DNA of 64,000 bases. Origin: Acidobacteriota bacterium (GTDB lineage Bacteria; Acidobacteriota; Vicinamibacteria; Marinacidobacterales; Marinacidobacteraceae). Positions 62,604 through 64,000 of the stretch are shown piece by piece. Every line of letters starts with the position of its first letter. The first letter of the stretch is position 1. Position numbers and translations under genes: made by a program. The DNA is taken from contig VXWI01000011.1 in assembly GCA_009835985.1 (NCBI GenBank), forward strand, positions 11,483 through 75,482. Reading direction: 5' to 3'. The notes under the pieces are model-generated. The model searched no databases, was not told the DNA's origin, and was given only the letters and a program-made list of their open reading frames with translations.

Positions 62604-64000
62604 ATGCGGGACTGGCTGCGGTGCTCGAGGAGGCGCGCGGTTCACGCGGCTGTCGTCGGTTCGCTCGTTTTCCTCTCCGTCCAGGCGGCGGCGCAAGAGG
62701 AAGGCGGGCCGGCTTTCCCCTCCGACGACCCGGTGATCCGCGCGATCTGGGAGGAGGGTGTCGAGCGCTCCCAGGTGATGGAACTCGGCCACGTGATGAT
62801 GGACGTGATCGGCCCGCGCCTGACGGGCTCGCCGGGGATGGCCGCCGCCAACGACTGGGCGCTCGAGAAGTTCGAGGAGTGGGGCATCGAGGCGTATCGG
62901 GAGCAGTACGGCACCTGGCGGGGATGGGAGCGGGGGATCAGCCACATCGATCTCATCTCGCCGCGGGTCCGGACGCTCGAGGGGATGGCGGCCGCCTGGA
63001 GCCCGGCCACCGACGGGCCGGTCGAGGCGGGGGTGGTGATCCTCGCCGACGCGGACACGCCGGAGGCGTTGGCGGCGTGGCTCCCCGAAGCGCGCGGCAA
63101 GTTCGTGCTGGTCTCGCCGCCGGTGGCGAGCTGCCGCCCGCGGGACAACCTCGAGTGGTTCGCCCGGCCCGCGACGCTCGCCCGCATGGCCGGGGAACAG
63201 GAGCGCCTGGTCGAGGACTGGGGGAACCGCTACGCGAGCGCGGGCATCGAGCGGCGCCGGCTGCCGGAAGCGCTGGACGCCGCCGGGGCGGCCGGGATCG
63301 TCCGCTCGGAGTGGTCCGGGGGCTGGGGCGCCATCAGGGTCTTCGGGACCAGCATGGAGCGCACCCCGGTCCTGGACCTGAGCTGCGAGGCCTACGGGCT
63401 TGTCTTCCGGTTGGCCGAGAACGGCCAGGAGCCGGTGCTGCGGGTGGACGCGCAGGCCGAGTTCCTCGGCGAGGTGCCGGTCTTCACTGCCTTCGGGAAG
63501 ATTCCGGGCACCGCGGAACCCGAGGAGTTCGTGATCCTCGGGGGCCACTACGACTCCTGGGACGGTTCGTCCGGAGCGCTCGACAACGGCACCGGCGCGG
63601 TCGCCATCATGGAGGCGATGCGCATCCTGAAGGCGTCGGTCCCGAACCCTCGCCGCACCATCCTCGGCGCGCTGTGGAACGGCGAGGAGCAGGGCCTGAA
63701 CGGCTCCCGCGCCTTCGTCGAGGACCACCCCGAGATCCTCGATCGCATCCACACGGTGTTCAACATCGATCACGGGACCGGGCCGGTCACCTTCATCCCC
63801 ATGCAGGGTTTCGCGGGGGCCGCCGGCCGGTTCGGCGAGTGGCTGGCGCAGATCCCGAGCGAGTTGTCGGATCTGGTGACGCTGGAGATTCCGGGGATGC
63901 CGGAAGCGGGCGGAACGGACCACGCATCCTTCCTCTGTGCCGGGGTGCCGGCGTTCAGCTTCCACGTGGGGGATGGCCGGGGCGGCCACCTCCCCATGGG
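62604..64000 (+). CDS. M28-family metallopeptidase (aminopeptidase-like), truncated by the right window edge
   Basis: The frame is open from ATG 62604 to the window end and is not in the ORF track. The signal-like N-terminus is RRRAVHAAVVGSLVFLSVQAAAQ. M28 metal-ligand motifs are ILGGHYDSW, DNGTGAVAIMEA, WNGEEQGLNGS and FNIDHGTG. Confidence 0.75.
   Translation, partial: MRDWLRCSRRRAVHAAVVGSLVFLSVQAAAQEEGGPAFPSDDPVIRAIWEEGVERSQVMELGHVMMDVIGPRLTGSPGMAAANDWALEKFEEWGIEAYREQYGTWRGWERGISHIDLISPRVRTLEGMAAAWSPATDGPVEAGVVILADADTPEALAAWLPEARGKFVLVSPPVASCRPRDNLEWFARPATLARMAGEQERLVEDWGNRYASAGIERRRLPEALDAAGAAGIVRSEWSGGWGAIRVFGTSMERTPVLDLSCEAYGLVFRLAENGQEPVLRVDAQAEFLGEVPVFTAFGKIPGTAEPEEFVILGGHYDSWDGSSGALDNGTGAVAIMEAMRILKASVPNPRRTILGALWNGEEQGLNGSRAFVEDHPEILDRIHTVFNIDHGTGPVTFIPMQGFAGAAGRFGEWLAQIPSELSDLVTLEIPGMPEAGGTDHASFLCAGVPAFSFHVGDGRGGHLPM

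Noticed and set aside
1-64000. Prophage or integrative element, or tRNA/rRNA genes.
   Set aside because: No integrase, recombinase, transposase, capsid or terminase motifs were seen in any frame. No cloverleaf-like tRNA candidates or rRNA-like stretches were noticed by eye. Running tRNAscan and Infernal would be the definitive check.

Overview
This is a very GC-rich (roughly 70%) bacterial chromosomal segment. Gene content and secreted-protein families point to a Gemmatimonadota-like organism; this is an inference with no marker gene, from the CarboxypepD_reg TonB receptor and the DUF5916-like, GWxTD-like and BNR/sortilin proteins. I support about 56 protein-coding genes. I found no rRNA, tRNA, CRISPR array or phage/integrase genes.

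Because of the GC content the six-frame track holds many long spurious antisense ORFs. I called genes from recognisable motifs and domain signatures, third-position GC bias, and tight operon junctions (ATGA, GTGA, TGATG). Two genes run off the window edges and are absent from the ORF track: a Gfo/Idh/MocA oxidoreductase on the minus strand at the left edge and an M28 peptidase on the plus strand at the right edge.

Main clusters:
- A minus-strand four-gene operon: DUF5916/CBM9-like secreted protein, internally duplicated membrane protein, GMC flavoprotein oxidoreductase, Gfo/Idh/MocA oxidoreductase (1-5396).
- A minus-strand operon of a PF09818 ABC-class ATPase with secreted creatininase-family and amidohydrolase enzymes (6449-10505).
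- A desaturase plus cold-shock protein pair (10752-12010).
- A Tat-signal class-V aminotransferase followed by the circularly permuted ATP-grasp / alpha-E / transglutaminase-like triad, and immediately downstream an orphan RsbW/RsbV-type partner-switching pair (12102-17844).
- An operon coupling CcmC-CcmD heme-handling proteins to an SDR, an NSS transporter and an Ldh_2 dehydrogenase (21659-25484).
- A plus-strand locus of secreted proteolysis/uptake genes: TonB-dependent receptor, lipoprotein, BNR/sortilin protein, a 1386-aa protein with a C-terminal M14 carboxypeptidase domain, and a beta-lactamase-family hydrolase (29319-41622).
- An ERG4/ERG24 sterol-reductase homolog in an operon with an SDR that carries an in-frame TAG (43590-45463).
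- ctaA-ctaB heme A/O synthesis (46653-48452).
- A Tat-exported alanine racemase with an amino-acid permease and HAD dehalogenase (48459-51986).
- A long minus-strand operon of a TRAP transporter, GltS and a substrate-binding lipoprotein (54207-61170).

A palindromic, roughly 60-nt REP/MITE-like extragenic repeat family (core GGAGCGCCGGCCTCCGGCCGGCATCG) occurs at least six times.

Coordinates: ORF-track coordinates are used wherever the track covers a gene. My hand-reading of the printed sequence sometimes differed from the track by 1 nt, so hand-derived boundaries may be off by one.
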